Shown piece by piece: positions 19,802 to 30,551 of a stretch of DNA of 64,000 nt. The notes beneath the pieces are model-generated. The model did no database searches and was not told the origin of the DNA. It worked only from the letters and a program-made list of their open reading frames with translations. The stretch comes from Candidatus Hydrothermarchaeum profundi (GTDB lineage Archaea; Hydrothermarchaeota; Hydrothermarchaeia; Hydrothermarchaeales; Hydrothermarchaeaceae). The position numbers were made by a program, and so were the translations under genes. The stretch lies in assembly GCA_002011125.2 (NCBI GenBank), contig MTMF02000009.1, forward strand, positions 160,001 to 224,000, written 5' to 3'. Numbering within the stretch: the stretch's first letter is position 1; every line of letters begins with the position of its first letter.

Positions 19802-20923
19802 ATGTCAATATCAGAGTATGCTTATGTAAACGCCAGAGTTGGCGGGATGAGATCTTACTTATTAAGTGTAGCTGATCTAAAGTCCCTAATGGAAGTCCAG
19901 AGTTACGAAGACTGTATCTCACTTTTGAAAAATACTGTATATGGTAAAGACATCTCAAAACTTTCATCTCTAACGCTAATGGAGATTGAAAACGTATTCA
20001 CGAAGTCTCTTTTGATAGATTATGATAAGATAGCAAAATCCCTGATGAGCGCTTATCCTAAAATGTTAGTTGAGGAGTTGCAGAAGAAATTTGAAGTCTC
20101 TGCCCTGAAGACTATAATAGAAATGAAGATAGCCGGATTCACAGAGAAAGAAATGAAAGGATATCCATGGATTTTAACAGAGATACTAACTGAACAGCTT
20201 ATAGAAAAGCTAATGCAGTTAGAATCAGTTGAAGAGCTAATAGAGATATTAAAGTTCACAGAGTATTATAAAGCTTTAAAGGAAGCCATTCCAAAATATC
20301 AAGAAACTGGAGTAGCAACACCGTTTATAATAGCTTTGGACAAACATCACTATACCGAAGTTGGCAAAGCCCTTGATAGACTCTCTGGTCTAGACCAAGA
20401 TAGGGCTAGGTTATTAGTGGGAACTGAAATAGATGCTAAGAATATCATTATAGCTATTAGAGCAAGAGGACTTCCTGAAGAAGATGTTTGGGACAGCTTT
20501 ATCCCCTACAGATATCGAGTGACAGACGATCTTCTTAGGAGCATTTTAACTGTTTCAAACCTAAATCAACTTTCCACAGAACTCCCGCAGTTCCGGTATA
20601 CCAAAGTAATTTCTTCTGCTCTCAAAGAGTACGAAAAAATTGGAGAAACCTTACCATATGACGCAGCATATGTTCCACTCATTATAGAAGCTGCAGAGGA
20701 ATATGAGAAAACCGAGTCTTTTCTTCCATTCGAGCTATCTCTTAGGAGATTTCTATATGTATTAAACAAACAGGAATTCGGAGGAAATAGATTCCATTTG
20801 GGAGTCCCGCTTGCCTACCTACATTTAAAAGAAAATGAGGTGAAAAATCTTATAGCAATTCTAAAGGCTAAAGAGGTAGGTCTTTCCGCTGCAGAAATCG
20901 AAGGCCTAGTAGTATACGGATAA
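19802..20923 (+). CDS. atpC: A/V-type ATP synthase subunit C
   Basis: YAYVNARV..M...LL, EIDAKNI, LAYL.LKENEVKNL. Confidence 0.9.
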   Translation: MSISEYAYVNARVGGMRSYLLSVADLKSLMEVQSYEDCISLLKNTVYGKDISKLSSLTLMEIENVFTKSLLIDYDKIAKSLMSAYPKMLVEELQKKFEVSALKTIIEMKIAGFTEKEMKGYPWILTEILTEQLIEKLMQLESVEELIEILKFTEYYKALKEAIPKYQETGVATPFIIALDKHHYTEVGKALDRLSGLDQDRARLLVGTEIDAKNIIIAIRARGLPEEDVWDSFIPYRYRVTDDLLRSILTVSNLNQLSTELPQFRYTKVISSALKEYEKIGETLPYDAAYVPLIIEAAEEYEKTESFLPFELSLRRFLYVLNKQEFGGNRFHLGVPLAYLHLKENEVKNLIAILKAKEVGLSAAEIEGLVVYG

Positions 20924-20983
20924 TTCCCCCTGCTTTTTTACACCAAAAATATATTACGAAGTGAAAGAAAAAATAATTTTCCA

Positions 20984-21565
20984 ATGTCAAGAAATATCGA
21001 ATTACTAGGTTACTTTCTTGGAGCCGGGTTCTTAGCAACTCTGCTAGTTGCGCTTGCCCCAATCACCACGGCGATAATAGGCAGAACAGGTTTCATAGAG
21101 GTAGTATTGCTTCTGATAGTACTCTATATTGCAAGTTATCTTGCTCTACGGGGGGGTGATATTCATCAAAGATTTCACCGAGTCACTAGGATAACTATAA
21201 TAGCAATTTTCCTAGAATTAATTCTAATTGGAGGAGGCATTTTTGTGAGACTACTAAAGCTATCTGACGTTAAAGCATTCTTAGCACCGCTAGCTGTAAT
21301 CTTCATATATGAATCCTTTAAGTTAGGTAAGAGGCTAAGGATAAAGAGGGGCAAAGTAACGGTAGTAGTTACTCAGAAACCTGAAAAGATAGAGAAAGAA
21401 GAAGAAGCTGCATACAAGTCATGGCGTATTCCCGACCTGAAGGAAAAAGTTCCTAGTACAGAATATTTTCCAACAGTGAAGAGGAGAAAGAAAAGGGCTC
21501 ATCGAACCTCCCTAGTATCATCCCTTAAAAGGAGATCGGAGTTTATTAAAAAGGAGAAAGATTAA
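20984..21565 (+). CDS. Hypothetical membrane protein (about 4 TM helices) with a basic C-terminal tail; first gene of the MoxR cluster
   Basis: Hydrophobic segments; its stop codon abuts the moxR start. Confidence 0.7.
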   Translation: MSRNIELLGYFLGAGFLATLLVALAPITTAIIGRTGFIEVVLLLIVLYIASYLALRGGDIHQRFHRVTRITIIAIFLELILIGGGIFVRLLKLSDVKAFLAPLAVIFIYESFKLGKRLRIKRGKVTVVVTQKPEKIEKEEEAAYKSWRIPDLKEKVPSTEYFPTVKRRKKRAHRTSLVSSLKRRSEFIKKEKD

Positions 21566-22549
21566 ATGATACCTCAGACATTTTCGGACTTTGAAATAAA
21601 AAAAATGGAAAAATTGAAACTAGTTTTGAGCGAGATTAAGAAAGTAATAGTAGGACAAGACTATGTACTAAATAGACTACTCCTAGGATTATTATCCGAT
21701 GGGCATATACTTCTAGAAGGAGTACCGGGCTTAGCAAAAACTATGATGGTTAGATCCCTAGCAAAAAGTGTAAAAAGCGACTTTAGGAGAATACAATTTA
21801 CCCCTGACCTTTTACCAGCTGATCTAATAGGAACTAAAGTATTCGATCCAAAAAAAACAGAGTTCGTAACTAAAAAAGGTCCAATTTTTGCTAATTTTGT
21901 TTTAGCTGACGAGATAAATAGGGCCCCTCCAAAAGTTCAGAGTGCCTTGCTTGAAGCTATGCAAGAGCGGAGAGTAACAATAGGGGGGGAGACATATTCT
22001 CTACCAAAACCCTTCTTAGTTCTTGCCACTCAGAACCCTATCGAAATAGAGGGAACGTATCCCCTGCCAGAAGCCCAAATTGACAGATTCATGTTCAAAA
22101 TAAATGTGGACTACCCAAATAAGGAAGAAGAAAAAGCTATAATCGATAGAATGGCCTCCGGAAGCCGGAGCGAAGTTGAATATGTATTAACTCCTAGAGA
22201 GCTTCTAGAGCTTCAACGACTAGTATATAAGGTGTATGTAGATGAGAAAGTGAAAAATTATATTGTCGACATAGTGTTTGCAAGTAGAAAACCCGCAGAT
22301 TATGGCCTGGATGAATTGAATGATATTATAGAGTATGGAGCCAGTCCCCGGGCCTCTATATATATGACTCTGGCAGCTAAGGCAAATGCTCTCATGGAAG
22401 GTAGAAGCTACACTATCCCAGACGACGTAAAAGAGGTCGCGCCAGATATACTGCGACATAGGATAATACTCAGCTATGAAGCTCTAGTCGAAGAGCTATC
22501 GGTAGAATCGGTACTAAATAAGATCTTTGAGGCCATAGAGGTTCCATAG
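21566..22549 (+). CDS. moxR: MoxR-proper AAA+ ATPase
   Basis: [47 protein letters not shown]. Confidence 0.96.
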   Translation: MIPQTFSDFEIKKMEKLKLVLSEIKKVIVGQDYVLNRLLLGLLSDGHILLEGVPGLAKTMMVRSLAKSVKSDFRRIQFTPDLLPADLIGTKVFDPKKTEFVTKKGPIFANFVLADEINRAPPKVQSALLEAMQERRVTIGGETYSLPKPFLVLATQNPIEIEGTYPLPEAQIDRFMFKINVDYPNKEEEKAIIDRMASGSRSEVEYVLTPRELLELQRLVYKVYVDEKVKNYIVDIVFASRKPADYGLDELNDIIEYGASPRASIYMTLAAKANALMEGRSYTIPDDVKEVAPDILRHRIILSYEALVEELSVESVLNKIFEAIEVP

Positions 22550-22551
22550 AA

Positions 22552-23460
22552 ATGGCCCCAGCGGAAGTTTCTGAGATAGTTAAAAAAGTCAGAGAGATAG
22601 AAATAAAAACTAAGTATTTCGTAGAAAGTCTTTTTCAAAGTGCTTATGTAAGCGTGTTTAAGGGGCGGGGGTTAGAGTTCTCTGAAGTTCGGGAATACCA
22701 ATATGGAGACGAAATGCGCATTATAGATTGGACTGTTTCTGCAAGGATGGGAAAACTATACGTAAAGAAGTTTGTCGAAGAAAGAGACTTAACGGTATTT
22801 ATCCTCCTTGATGTTTCAGAAAGTTTAGAAACCGGTACGGCAACTCTGCTTAAAAAAGAACTCCTGATTCGAATATGCGCTACGATAGCATATAGTGCAT
22901 TAAAAAATAATGACCGAGCAGGACTAATTATATTCACCGACCGGATTGAGAAATTTATTCCGCCCAGAAAGAGAAGAGATCAACTATATAGAATTATCAG
23001 AGAAACAGTTGCATCAGATTTTAACAGTAAGCGAACCGACTTTAAGGTTGCAGTAGATTACCTAATGAAGGTCAATAAAGAAAGAGCTATAGTCTTTATC
23101 CTTTCTGACTTCCAGTTTCCCTCCTTAGATGAAGCAGTGAAATTGATAGCACGAGTTTCAAAAAAAAATGATACTATAGGAATAAGGATTATAGACCCGT
23201 CTGATTTTGAACTTCCTCCAGCGGGATTTGTACACTTTATTGACCCCGAAACCCAAGAGGCATTAATCATCGATACTTCAGACCCAAACATTAGGGAGAG
23301 ATATAGAAGACTCGCATTTCAAAAAAATATGCAAATAAAAAACGCATTAAACATTAAAAACTTCGAATTAATAGAGATATCAACCGCAGAAGATTACGTG
23401 AAGCCGTTGCTAAGATTCTTTAAACTCAGAGAAAAGCGGTTAGGGAGGGCAAGGTATTGA
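22552..23460 (+). CDS. DUF58 protein (VWA-like)
   Basis: FKGRGLEFSEVREYQYGD...IDW...VEERD, LSDF. Confidence 0.93.
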   Translation: MAPAEVSEIVKKVREIEIKTKYFVESLFQSAYVSVFKGRGLEFSEVREYQYGDEMRIIDWTVSARMGKLYVKKFVEERDLTVFILLDVSESLETGTATLLKKELLIRICATIAYSALKNNDRAGLIIFTDRIEKFIPPRKRRDQLYRIIRETVASDFNSKRTDFKVAVDYLMKVNKERAIVFILSDFQFPSLDEAVKLIARVSKKNDTIGIRIIDPSDFELPPAGFVHFIDPETQEALIIDTSDPNIRERYRRLAFQKNMQIKNALNIKNFELIEISTAEDYVKPLLRFFKLREKRLGRARY

Positions 23461-24389
23461 AATTCGAAGAACCCATGAGGCTTCTGCTCTTGATATTAAT
23501 ACCTATGCTGATATATTTATATCATATCTCCCTGAAGAGAAAAAAAATAATTGCAATAAAATTTGGAAATTTTGATACCCTTAAAAAAGCTACTGTTGGC
23601 ACATTACCTTATAAAAACTATGTGCCCTTAATACTTAAGTCTCTTATTTTAGTAAGTCTAATTATCACACTAGCAGGGCCACAGACAGAAACTACTATAA
23701 AGACGACTTCAACTGATGTAGTACTCACAATAGATGTTTCAGGTAGCATGTTGGCAAAAGATTTTCCGCCCAATAGGCTCGAGGCAGCAAAGGAATCAGC
23801 TAAAGTTTTTTTAAAAGAACTCGGTAGGGGAGATAGAGTAGGGATAGTAACTTTTTCAGGCGCAAGTTATGTGATCAGCCCAATAGGTGAAGACATAGAA
23901 GAAGCTGAAGAAAAAATAGATTCTATAGACATAGGAGCAGAGGACGGTACAGCGATTGGCGACGGCATAATAACGTCAGTAAGTCTTTTAGGCGGCTCTA
24001 TAGGGAAGAAGAAAGTAATTGTGCTCTTAAGTGATGGCGAAAATAATAGAGGGAGTTCTCCGAGAGAAGCAGCGGTTTTTGCAAAGAATTCAGGCGTAAC
24101 AATTTATACCATTGGGATAGGAACTACTAAAGGTGGATTTATACCTGGAACTAACGAAGTCGTAGGATTAGATGAAGAACTTTTGAAAGATATCGCTGAA
24201 AGTACAGGAGGTGAATATTCAAGAGCCACAACTCAAGAAGCTCTTAAGAAAATTTATTCTGAGATAGGCAAGAAGATCACTCTGGAAACAGGAACTGAAG
24301 ACATATCCATATATTTTGTTGTAATTGCAACATTTCTCCTGTTAACAGACTTTATACTTATGTCCACTAAATATAGAGCGTTACCATGA
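23457..24389 (+). CDS. batA: BatA-like membrane VWA protein
   Basis: N-terminal F..P..L BatA segment, LAGP, MIDAS DVSGSM, GTAIGDG, LSDGENN, C-terminal TM. Confidence 0.88.
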   Translation: MKFEEPMRLLLLILIPMLIYLYHISLKRKKIIAIKFGNFDTLKKATVGTLPYKNYVPLILKSLILVSLIITLAGPQTETTIKTTSTDVVLTIDVSGSMLAKDFPPNRLEAAKESAKVFLKELGRGDRVGIVTFSGASYVISPIGEDIEEAEEKIDSIDIGAEDGTAIGDGIITSVSLLGGSIGKKKVIVLLSDGENNRGSSPREAAVFAKNSGVTIYTIGIGTTKGGFIPGTNEVVGLDEELLKDIAESTGGEYSRATTQEALKKIYSEIGKKITLETGTEDISIYFVVIATFLLLTDFILMSTKYRALP

Positions 24390-24398
24390 GGCGAAAAA

Positions 24399-25343
24399 AT
24401 GAAGAAAATTTTGATCTTTCTGCTTTTAATACCCCTCATACAGGGGGCGACGCCAAAAATTATATTTCAAAAGACCATTGATAAAGATACATTACTCTTA
24501 GGAGAACCAGTAGTTGTTTATCTTATCCTAGAAAATAAAGGTGACATCCCCATAAAGGATATAAGGATCATCGATACCATGGATATGCCGGGGATTCAAG
24601 AATATCAACAGAACATTAGTGAATTACCTCCAAAATCTTCGATTCGCTTAGAATATAGCAGAGTTATACCAAAGAAAGAGGGAAACTATACACTTCCTCC
24701 AGCAAAGCTAGAATATTATGACCCAGAAATTGGCAGAACAATAGAGATAGAAACAGAATCATTAAAGTTTAGCGTCATATCTGCTATTTATAATGCCACA
24801 GGAAATGTTTCAACCAAATATAGCGTGGTTAGTGATGTAAGAAATGAAAGCGAAGAAAAGGTTCTCTATCAAAAAGTTGTTACTGAGAAAAAAACAAAGA
24901 TAGATTTCGTGGCGTTCTCGATATTGGGAGTTGGATTTCTGGGTTTTATTGGATTAGTTGCATATGCCTATTCAAGACGAAATAGATTAAAATCAACGCT
25001 TCCTAAAACGCCGCAGGAGGATGATAATATAAAAGAAAAACTAATTGAAGCCAAAACTCTCTATTACTCTGACGAAGACCCTGTAAAGGCGTTTAGCATA
25101 ATATCAGATGAACTAAGAAATCTCATAAAAAATAAATTTTCCATTAAAGGCACGCTTACAAATAAAGAGTATATCAATTTATTAAAAAATAAAAAAATAA
25201 ATGAAGACGTTACCAGCAAGGTTAAATATATTCTCGACTTTTGCGACCAAGTGAAATTCGCTAGACTTACACCAAGCGGCGAGGAATTCTATGACGTTGT
25301 CTACCAGTTCGAAGAAGTCAGAAGATATCTCATAAGCCTTTAG
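24399..25343 (+). CDS. BatD/BatE-region-like membrane protein (Ig-like domain, TM helix, helical C-domain)
   Basis: Signal peptide, EGNYTLPPA.LEY, TM helix, CDQVKFA motif. Confidence 0.7.
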   Translation: MKKILIFLLLIPLIQGATPKIIFQKTIDKDTLLLGEPVVVYLILENKGDIPIKDIRIIDTMDMPGIQEYQQNISELPPKSSIRLEYSRVIPKKEGNYTLPPAKLEYYDPEIGRTIEIETESLKFSVISAIYNATGNVSTKYSVVSDVRNESEEKVLYQKVVTEKKTKIDFVAFSILGVGFLGFIGLVAYAYSRRNRLKSTLPKTPQEDDNIKEKLIEAKTLYYSDEDPVKAFSIISDELRNLIKNKFSIKGTLTNKEYINLLKNKKINEDVTSKVKYILDFCDQVKFARLTPSGEEFYDVVYQFEEVRRYLISL

Positions 25344-25370
25344 AAATAAAAGCTAAGCTGCCCAGAATAT

Positions 25371-25724
25371 TTAACTGGGCAACTTTCCTATAAACATAAA
25401 GGCTATAACTAACCCGTACAGTGCAATTCCTTCAGCGAGAGCTACGATAATCAAACCCCAAGTTGAAACCTCGGGTTTCTCAGCAATAGCTCCCATAGCC
25501 GCTGACCCAGCATGGCCAATAGCGTATCCTGCGCCCAATGCTGCTAGGCCCATTGTTAGGGCTGCCGCCAATGCAATGCCAAAGACCCTAATATCCTGCT
25601 GGTAACTTATTCCACTTAATACTTCTCCTGTCTCCCCTTGCGGAAGCTCTTCTTGAGCAAATGCTAAACCGGCCGACAGGGTTAATAACAGAACGGTCCA
25701 TGCAACAATCTTCATACCGATCAC
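25371..25724 (-). CDS. atpK: A/V-type ATP synthase proteolipid subunit K (c), single hairpin with signal-like N-terminus
   Basis: GAGYAIG..G.AA.GAIAEKPE and ALAEGIALYG (ion-binding Glu). Confidence 0.93.
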   Translation of the reverse strand: MIGMKIVAWTVLLLTLSAGLAFAQEELPQGETGEVLSGISYQQDIRVFGIALAAALTMGLAALGAGYAIGHAGSAAMGAIAEKPEVSTWGLIIVALAEGIALYGLVIAFMFIGKLPS

Positions 25725-25749
25725 CTGTCCAAAATTTCTATTTGGATAT

Positions 25750-27747
25750 TTAAAGTTTTTGTTCTATATAAGTATATCTCCTAATCGCTTTAAATGGATT
25801 AAAGCTTTTTCCTTCTCCTGAATAGAATTTTGAGAAAATCTCATAGTAATGCAACCTTAGAGTCTGAATAAATGAAACAAACATCTCTATACCAAGAATA
25901 AATAGGTTCCCAAGAACAAAAACAAAAGCTTTTCCGGCAAATCCCACAATAGTTGGAGGCATCGAATCCATAACTAAAACCATCATAGAACTTAAGGCTT
26001 CATGAATGATAGCGAGAATGACGATCCTTATGAATGATATACTATTAACCAAATATCTAAAGAGATTCTCATATGTCTCGAAGAGGGACCATACGAGGCT
26101 AATTTTCGTAACCCTCCATTCACCGATCACCATCACCAGTAGCGGAAGAGCTAGTAAAGGGAAAATTAAAGGATCGTCTATAAGCGAGAAAATATCTGTC
26201 CCATGCTTTGTGACTAAAATTGTTCCTCCAAGAAGAAGCCAGATCCCCGCTACACCATAAGGCCCAACGAATGCATCAGCGTACTTTTTATGCATAATTT
26301 CATTTGCCATATTCAGTATGCATGAAAGGATCAATATTCCTATTCCCACCCTTAATGAAAATTTAATAGCCTCTGGTATATGATGCAACGGACTTTTCCA
26401 TAAGGGGTGAATCACTCCTTCAAGACCAAACACTGAACCGTAAATTGCGCCTGCTATTATTGAAAAAAATCCGCAGAGTATTATAGTCCTACCTAGCCTC
26501 TTTACCTGAATATTCGGCGTTTCAAGTCTTACCCCTAGATAATACCCTAAAGCCATCAGTATTAACCCCTGACCTACGTCACCAAACATTAATCCAAAGA
26601 TCAATGGGAAAGTCAATGCAATAACGCTTGTTGGATCGATTTCATGATAATTTGGTGCCCCATAGGTCATCGTAATTAATTCTAGACTTTCAGTGGGTTT
26701 TGGATTTTTAAGTAACGTAGGCGGCTCTTCATCTTCCTCAGGGTCACTAATCCAAACTACAGAATAGCCATCTGATGCTCTTTCGATGATCTCCCTCGCC
26801 TCATTAACTAGATGAAGAGGCACCCAGCCTCTTAATAGATACGTCCGAGAGGTCCTGCCAAAAAAGGTATTAGCCTCATCCATAAATTTTTCAATCTGAA
26901 GAGTTTCTTTCATTAAAAGAAGATTCCCGTATTCAGCGTCTGAGAGCTTCTTAAGTTCCTTATATAGATTCTCTTCCTCTTTCTTTATCGATGCTAATTC
27001 TGAGTCCGCTTTTTCTTTAGCACTATTTAAGTCTAGAAGGGATATATTAAACGGAATACTTATCTCCTCAAACCTCCGTAATCGTAGAGCCCTCCCAATA
27101 TCTACTTCAAATTTTCTTGGATAAATTACTAATATAAGCGAGTTCTTTTTGTCAAGTTCTACTGACTGATAAGCAAATAAATCTGTAATCTCTTTTATAT
27201 TTTCATCTAATTTTTCAATTTCTTTTGTAGGTATCACTCCAAAAACTGCAAGCATGGTCTTAAAGCCTTTTAGATCTCTAGGTCCAACCCCAAGTTTTTC
27301 CAGCTTACTTAACACGTCTTTAGCGTTCTCCCACTCCTCTTTTTCCTTTTTAAGCTTCTCAAGTTCTGATGATATCCTATTAACTTTTTCTTCTAAGAAG
27401 TATATCTTATCCTCAATTTCATCAAAAAGTTTCTCAACAGGGACTTCCTCAACCTTTTTCTTATTTACCTGTTCTCCCAAGAATTGGCTTACAATAGACT
27501 GATCCTTTCTTTCTCGAACAAGGTTAAAAACTTCAAGTATTCCATCGATCTTTGAGAGGAGTTCAGAAGAATTAACTTTTACCCAACTACTTTTTCCAGC
27601 ACTTAAATTAAGAGACTTATATAACGGAGTCTCTTTTATATCAATTAACTGTATTACCCCCCTCTCCTTTAGTTCTCGTAGAATGTCTTCTCTTTTTTCC
27701 TCAAGTATTACCGCATCTAATCTCTTCATCCTTACCGGTTTTAACAT
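25750..27747 (-). CDS. atpI: A/V-type ATP synthase subunit I (a)
   Basis: GWVP, PPTLLKNP, FGLMFGDVGQG, NSISFIRI (essential Arg), LRLHYYEIFSKFY. Confidence 0.95.
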   Translation of the reverse strand: MLKPVRMKRLDAVILEEKREDILRELKERGVIQLIDIKETPLYKSLNLSAGKSSWVKVNSSELLSKIDGILEVFNLVRERKDQSIVSQFLGEQVNKKKVEEVPVEKLFDEIEDKIYFLEEKVNRISSELEKLKKEKEEWENAKDVLSKLEKLGVGPRDLKGFKTMLAVFGVIPTKEIEKLDENIKEITDLFAYQSVELDKKNSLILVIYPRKFEVDIGRALRLRRFEEISIPFNISLLDLNSAKEKADSELASIKKEEENLYKELKKLSDAEYGNLLLMKETLQIEKFMDEANTFFGRTSRTYLLRGWVPLHLVNEAREIIERASDGYSVVWISDPEEDEEPPTLLKNPKPTESLELITMTYGAPNYHEIDPTSVIALTFPLIFGLMFGDVGQGLILMALGYYLGVRLETPNIQVKRLGRTIILCGFFSIIAGAIYGSVFGLEGVIHPLWKSPLHHIPEAIKFSLRVGIGILILSCILNMANEIMHKKYADAFVGPYGVAGIWLLLGGTILVTKHGTDIFSLIDDPLIFPLLALPLLVMVIGEWRVTKISLVWSLFETYENLFRYLVNSISFIRIVILAIIHEALSSMMVLVMDSMPPTIVGFAGKAFVFVLGNLFILGIEMFVSFIQTLRLHYYEIFSKFYSGEGKSFNPFKAIRRYTYIEQKL

Positions 27748-29120
27748 TGCATCACTTCTTTTGCAGTGCTGAGGAAATTTTTAACCATTTCTGGATATGA
27801 AAGGACATGTACGTGCATATAATTGGCCAACGTGTTTTTAAGTAAGAGGCCGTCATGCAGTCCGTCTACCCCCTTACCCCTTTCTACTTTATAAACATAT
27901 CGGATGTTACTCAAAAATTCTATTTTTGAATAGTGGAACTCATGCCCGATTATCTGTGCTCCTTTCTTTGCAATTGGGCTATCACGAAAGGCTTTATTTT
28001 TAACATAGCCCAGCGCCTGAAATCTCTTCAACATTTTTGTTTTAATCGGCAAAAAACCCACCATTTTGTATTCCTCTTCCTCCTTAGTGGTAAGGCTTTC
28101 ACCGAGGTACATTAATCCCCCGCATTCAGCATAAGTAGGCTTACCTGAATCACAAAATTCATAAATATCATTCTTCAGGGAGACATTAACTTCAAGTTCT
28201 CTTGCAAATATTTCAGGATATCCTCCACCGATATATAGGGCATCAATATCAGGCAACCTCCGATCCTTGATAGAATTTATGTATATTATTTCAGCGCCAT
28301 TAGCTGCGAATGCATCTATATTATCCTGATAGTAAAAAGTGAACACTTCGTCTCTAATGAAACCGAGCCTTACGTTTATGCTTTTATTAGGTGCGAATAT
28401 CGGGTTCTGCTTTACTTTTCTCATGCTTTTAGCTTGCTCGGCTATTTTGATAATAGCATCTACGTCTATATAACTCTCAACTACCTCTGCGAGGTCGTCA
28501 AAAAGTTTGTTTAACTTTTTCCGCTCATATGCCGGTATAAGCCCCAAATGTCTCTCCGGTATAAAAACCCTTTCATCCTTCGGCAATACTCCTATTACCC
28601 TCATTTTAGCAAGATTTTCTACAGCAAGCTTGGCCTTCATAGCATGTCTCGGATTTCCAAGTCTATTAAGGATAACCCCCTCTATATCTACATCCTTATC
28701 AAATACTTTATAGCCTAACACCAATGGAGCAGCTGTCCTAGCGATTCTCTCAACATTAGCTATTAGTATCACAGGCGATTTTAGGATTTTGCTAACATGC
28801 GCTGTGCTACCTTTTTCATCAATAGGATGATAAGAATCATACAATCCCATAGTACCTTCTATAACTGCGATATCCCCCCCCTCAGCGCTCCTTTGAAAAG
28901 TACAAAGTATATCTTGAGGAGTCATCATAAATGCATCTAGATTGCGGGAATATCTGCCTGTAGCATAGTGGTGATAGCTAGGATCTATGAAGTCTGGACC
29001 TACTTTAAAAGGTCTAACATCTAATCCCCTATTACGCAGTGCACGCATTAATCCAATAGAGACAACGGTTTTGCCTGCCCAACTACTCGTACCACTAAGT
29101 ATTATCCTAGGTATATGCAT
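27741..29120 (-). CDS. Cobyrinate a,c-diamide synthase family (CbiA or the F430 enzyme CfbB)
   Basis: GKT, FKVGPDFIDP, NLD, ERHLGL, GGGYPE, AECGGLMYL, GHEFHYS. The likely start is MHIPR at 29120. Confidence 0.9.
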   Translation of the reverse strand: MHIPRIILSGTSSWAGKTVVSIGLMRALRNRGLDVRPFKVGPDFIDPSYHHYATGRYSRNLDAFMMTPQDILCTFQRSAEGGDIAVIEGTMGLYDSYHPIDEKGSTAHVSKILKSPVILIANVERIARTAAPLVLGYKVFDKDVDIEGVILNRLGNPRHAMKAKLAVENLAKMRVIGVLPKDERVFIPERHLGLIPAYERKKLNKLFDDLAEVVESYIDVDAIIKIAEQAKSMRKVKQNPIFAPNKSINVRLGFIRDEVFTFYYQDNIDAFAANGAEIIYINSIKDRRLPDIDALYIGGGYPEIFARELEVNVSLKNDIYEFCDSGKPTYAECGGLMYLGESLTTKEEEEYKMVGFLPIKTKMLKRFQALGYVKNKAFRDSPIAKKGAQIIGHEFHYSKIEFLSNIRYVYKVERGKGVDGLHDGLLLKNTLANYMHVHVLSYPEMVKNFLSTAKEVMQC

Positions 29121-29173
29121 TGTTGGAAAAATATAAAAAGCCCGATTATAAACTTTTCCGAATGGTGTGACAA

Positions 29174-30217
29174 ATGAAAAAAGTAGCGGTTTTGGGTGCA
29201 ACCGGAATGGTTGGGCAGAGGTTTGTGCAACTTTTGATGGGCCATCCATTTTTCAAACTGGTAGACCTATGTGCCTCTGAAAGATCGGCCGGCAAACGGT
29301 ATAAAGAGGCTACTAGATGGATGCTTGACGCCGAAATGCCTGAGAAAGTAGCTGACTTAGAGGTAAAGAGGATCGACCCAAATTTAATCGACGCTGACAT
29401 CGTATTCTCAGCGCTACCTAAAGAAGTGGCAAAAAATGTTGAACCAAAGTTTGCAGAGGCGGGGTTCATCGTATCAAGCAACGCATCTGCCTTTCGAATG
29501 GTGGAAGACATTCCCTTGCTCATCCCAGAAGTTAACCCTGAACATTTAGAGCTCATCGAAGTACAGAGGGAGAACAGGGGCTGGGATGGAGCGATTATAA
29601 CTAATCCTAATTGTACTACTATTATGGCAATGCTACCATTAAAGCCTATTTACGACAATTTTGGTTTGAGAAGGGTTATTGTGACTAGCATGCAGGCCTT
29701 GTCTGGTGCAGGCTACTCTGGAGTAGTATCTATGGCTATATTAGATAACTTAATTCCGTTTATTAGGGGTGAAGAAGAAAAAGTTGAGACTGAAGGACTT
29801 AAAATCTTTGGAAAATTCGAAGATAATAAGATAACCAAAGCGGGTTTTAAGATATCTGCCTCCTGTAATAGAGTAAATGTCCTTGATGGCCATACTGAAT
29901 CGATTTTTGTTGAAGTTGAGGAGGATTGTTCGGTAGATGATGTCAAAGAAGTTCTTAGAAAATTCAGAGGACTTCCCCAGAAACTGAAGCTTCCAACTGC
30001 TCCGCAGAATCCTATTATTGTTAGGGAAGAAGAAGATAGGCCCCAGCCCAGGTTAGATAGACTACAACAAGGCGGAATGAGCGTTAGTGTTGGCAGGATC
30101 AGGGAGGACCCTGTGTTTGACTTCAAGTTTACGTCAATGGGCCATAATACGATTAGAGGCGCGGCTGGAGCATCTATATTGAATGCAGAACTCTTACTTA
30201 AAAAAAATAAAGCTTAA
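29174..30217 (+). CDS. asd: Aspartate-semialdehyde dehydrogenase
   Basis: [30 protein letters not shown]. Confidence 0.97.
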   Translation: MKKVAVLGATGMVGQRFVQLLMGHPFFKLVDLCASERSAGKRYKEATRWMLDAEMPEKVADLEVKRIDPNLIDADIVFSALPKEVAKNVEPKFAEAGFIVSSNASAFRMVEDIPLLIPEVNPEHLELIEVQRENRGWDGAIITNPNCTTIMAMLPLKPIYDNFGLRRVIVTSMQALSGAGYSGVVSMAILDNLIPFIRGEEEKVETEGLKIFGKFEDNKITKAGFKISASCNRVNVLDGHTESIFVEVEEDCSVDDVKEVLRKFRGLPQKLKLPTAPQNPIIVREEEDRPQPRLDRLQQGGMSVSVGRIREDPVFDFKFTSMGHNTIRGAAGASILNAELLLKKNKA

Positions 30218-30235
30218 GCGCATTTGCGCTTAAGC
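30212..30235. terminator. Perfect 11-bp inverted repeat between the convergent asd and ferredoxin genes
   Basis: GCTTAAGCGCA-TT-TGCGCTTAAGC spanning both stop codons. Confidence 0.6.
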
Positions 30236-30415
30236 ACATGAATCATGGGTGATAGCCCCATTCGGGCAGGTTTCAACGCAGGAACAGCACTCGACGCACT
30301 CATCGACATTCACAGGGTTGGACTTCCCATCTATAAGTTCAAAGACCGCAGATGGGCATACATCTACGCAATCACCACATCCTTCACATTTTTCACTATC
30401 TACTTCTATCAACAT
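30230..30415 (-). CDS. 2x[4Fe-4S] ferredoxin
   Basis: CEGCGDCVDVCP and CVECCSCVETCP; AGGAGGT RBS. Confidence 0.93.
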   Translation of the reverse strand: MLIEVDSEKCEGCGDCVDVCPSAVFELIDGKSNPVNVDECVECCSCVETCPNGAITHDSCA

Positions 30416-30551
30416 AGCAGGACCTCCTACTTTTGACTTGGCTACAGTTTTTTAAAACTTTATTTAAATTTTTCGGTGGTCTGGTATTCTATCTCCCTGT
30501 GCGAATATCCCTAGTTCGTCAACTTTTAAAGGAATTATATTTGAAAAATCC

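Noticed and set aside
29121-29249. N-terminal extensions of cbiA/cfbB, and likewise porA, scpA and tauE, in the ORF track
   Set aside because: They overlap neighbouring genes or promoters; downstream starts match the family N-termini
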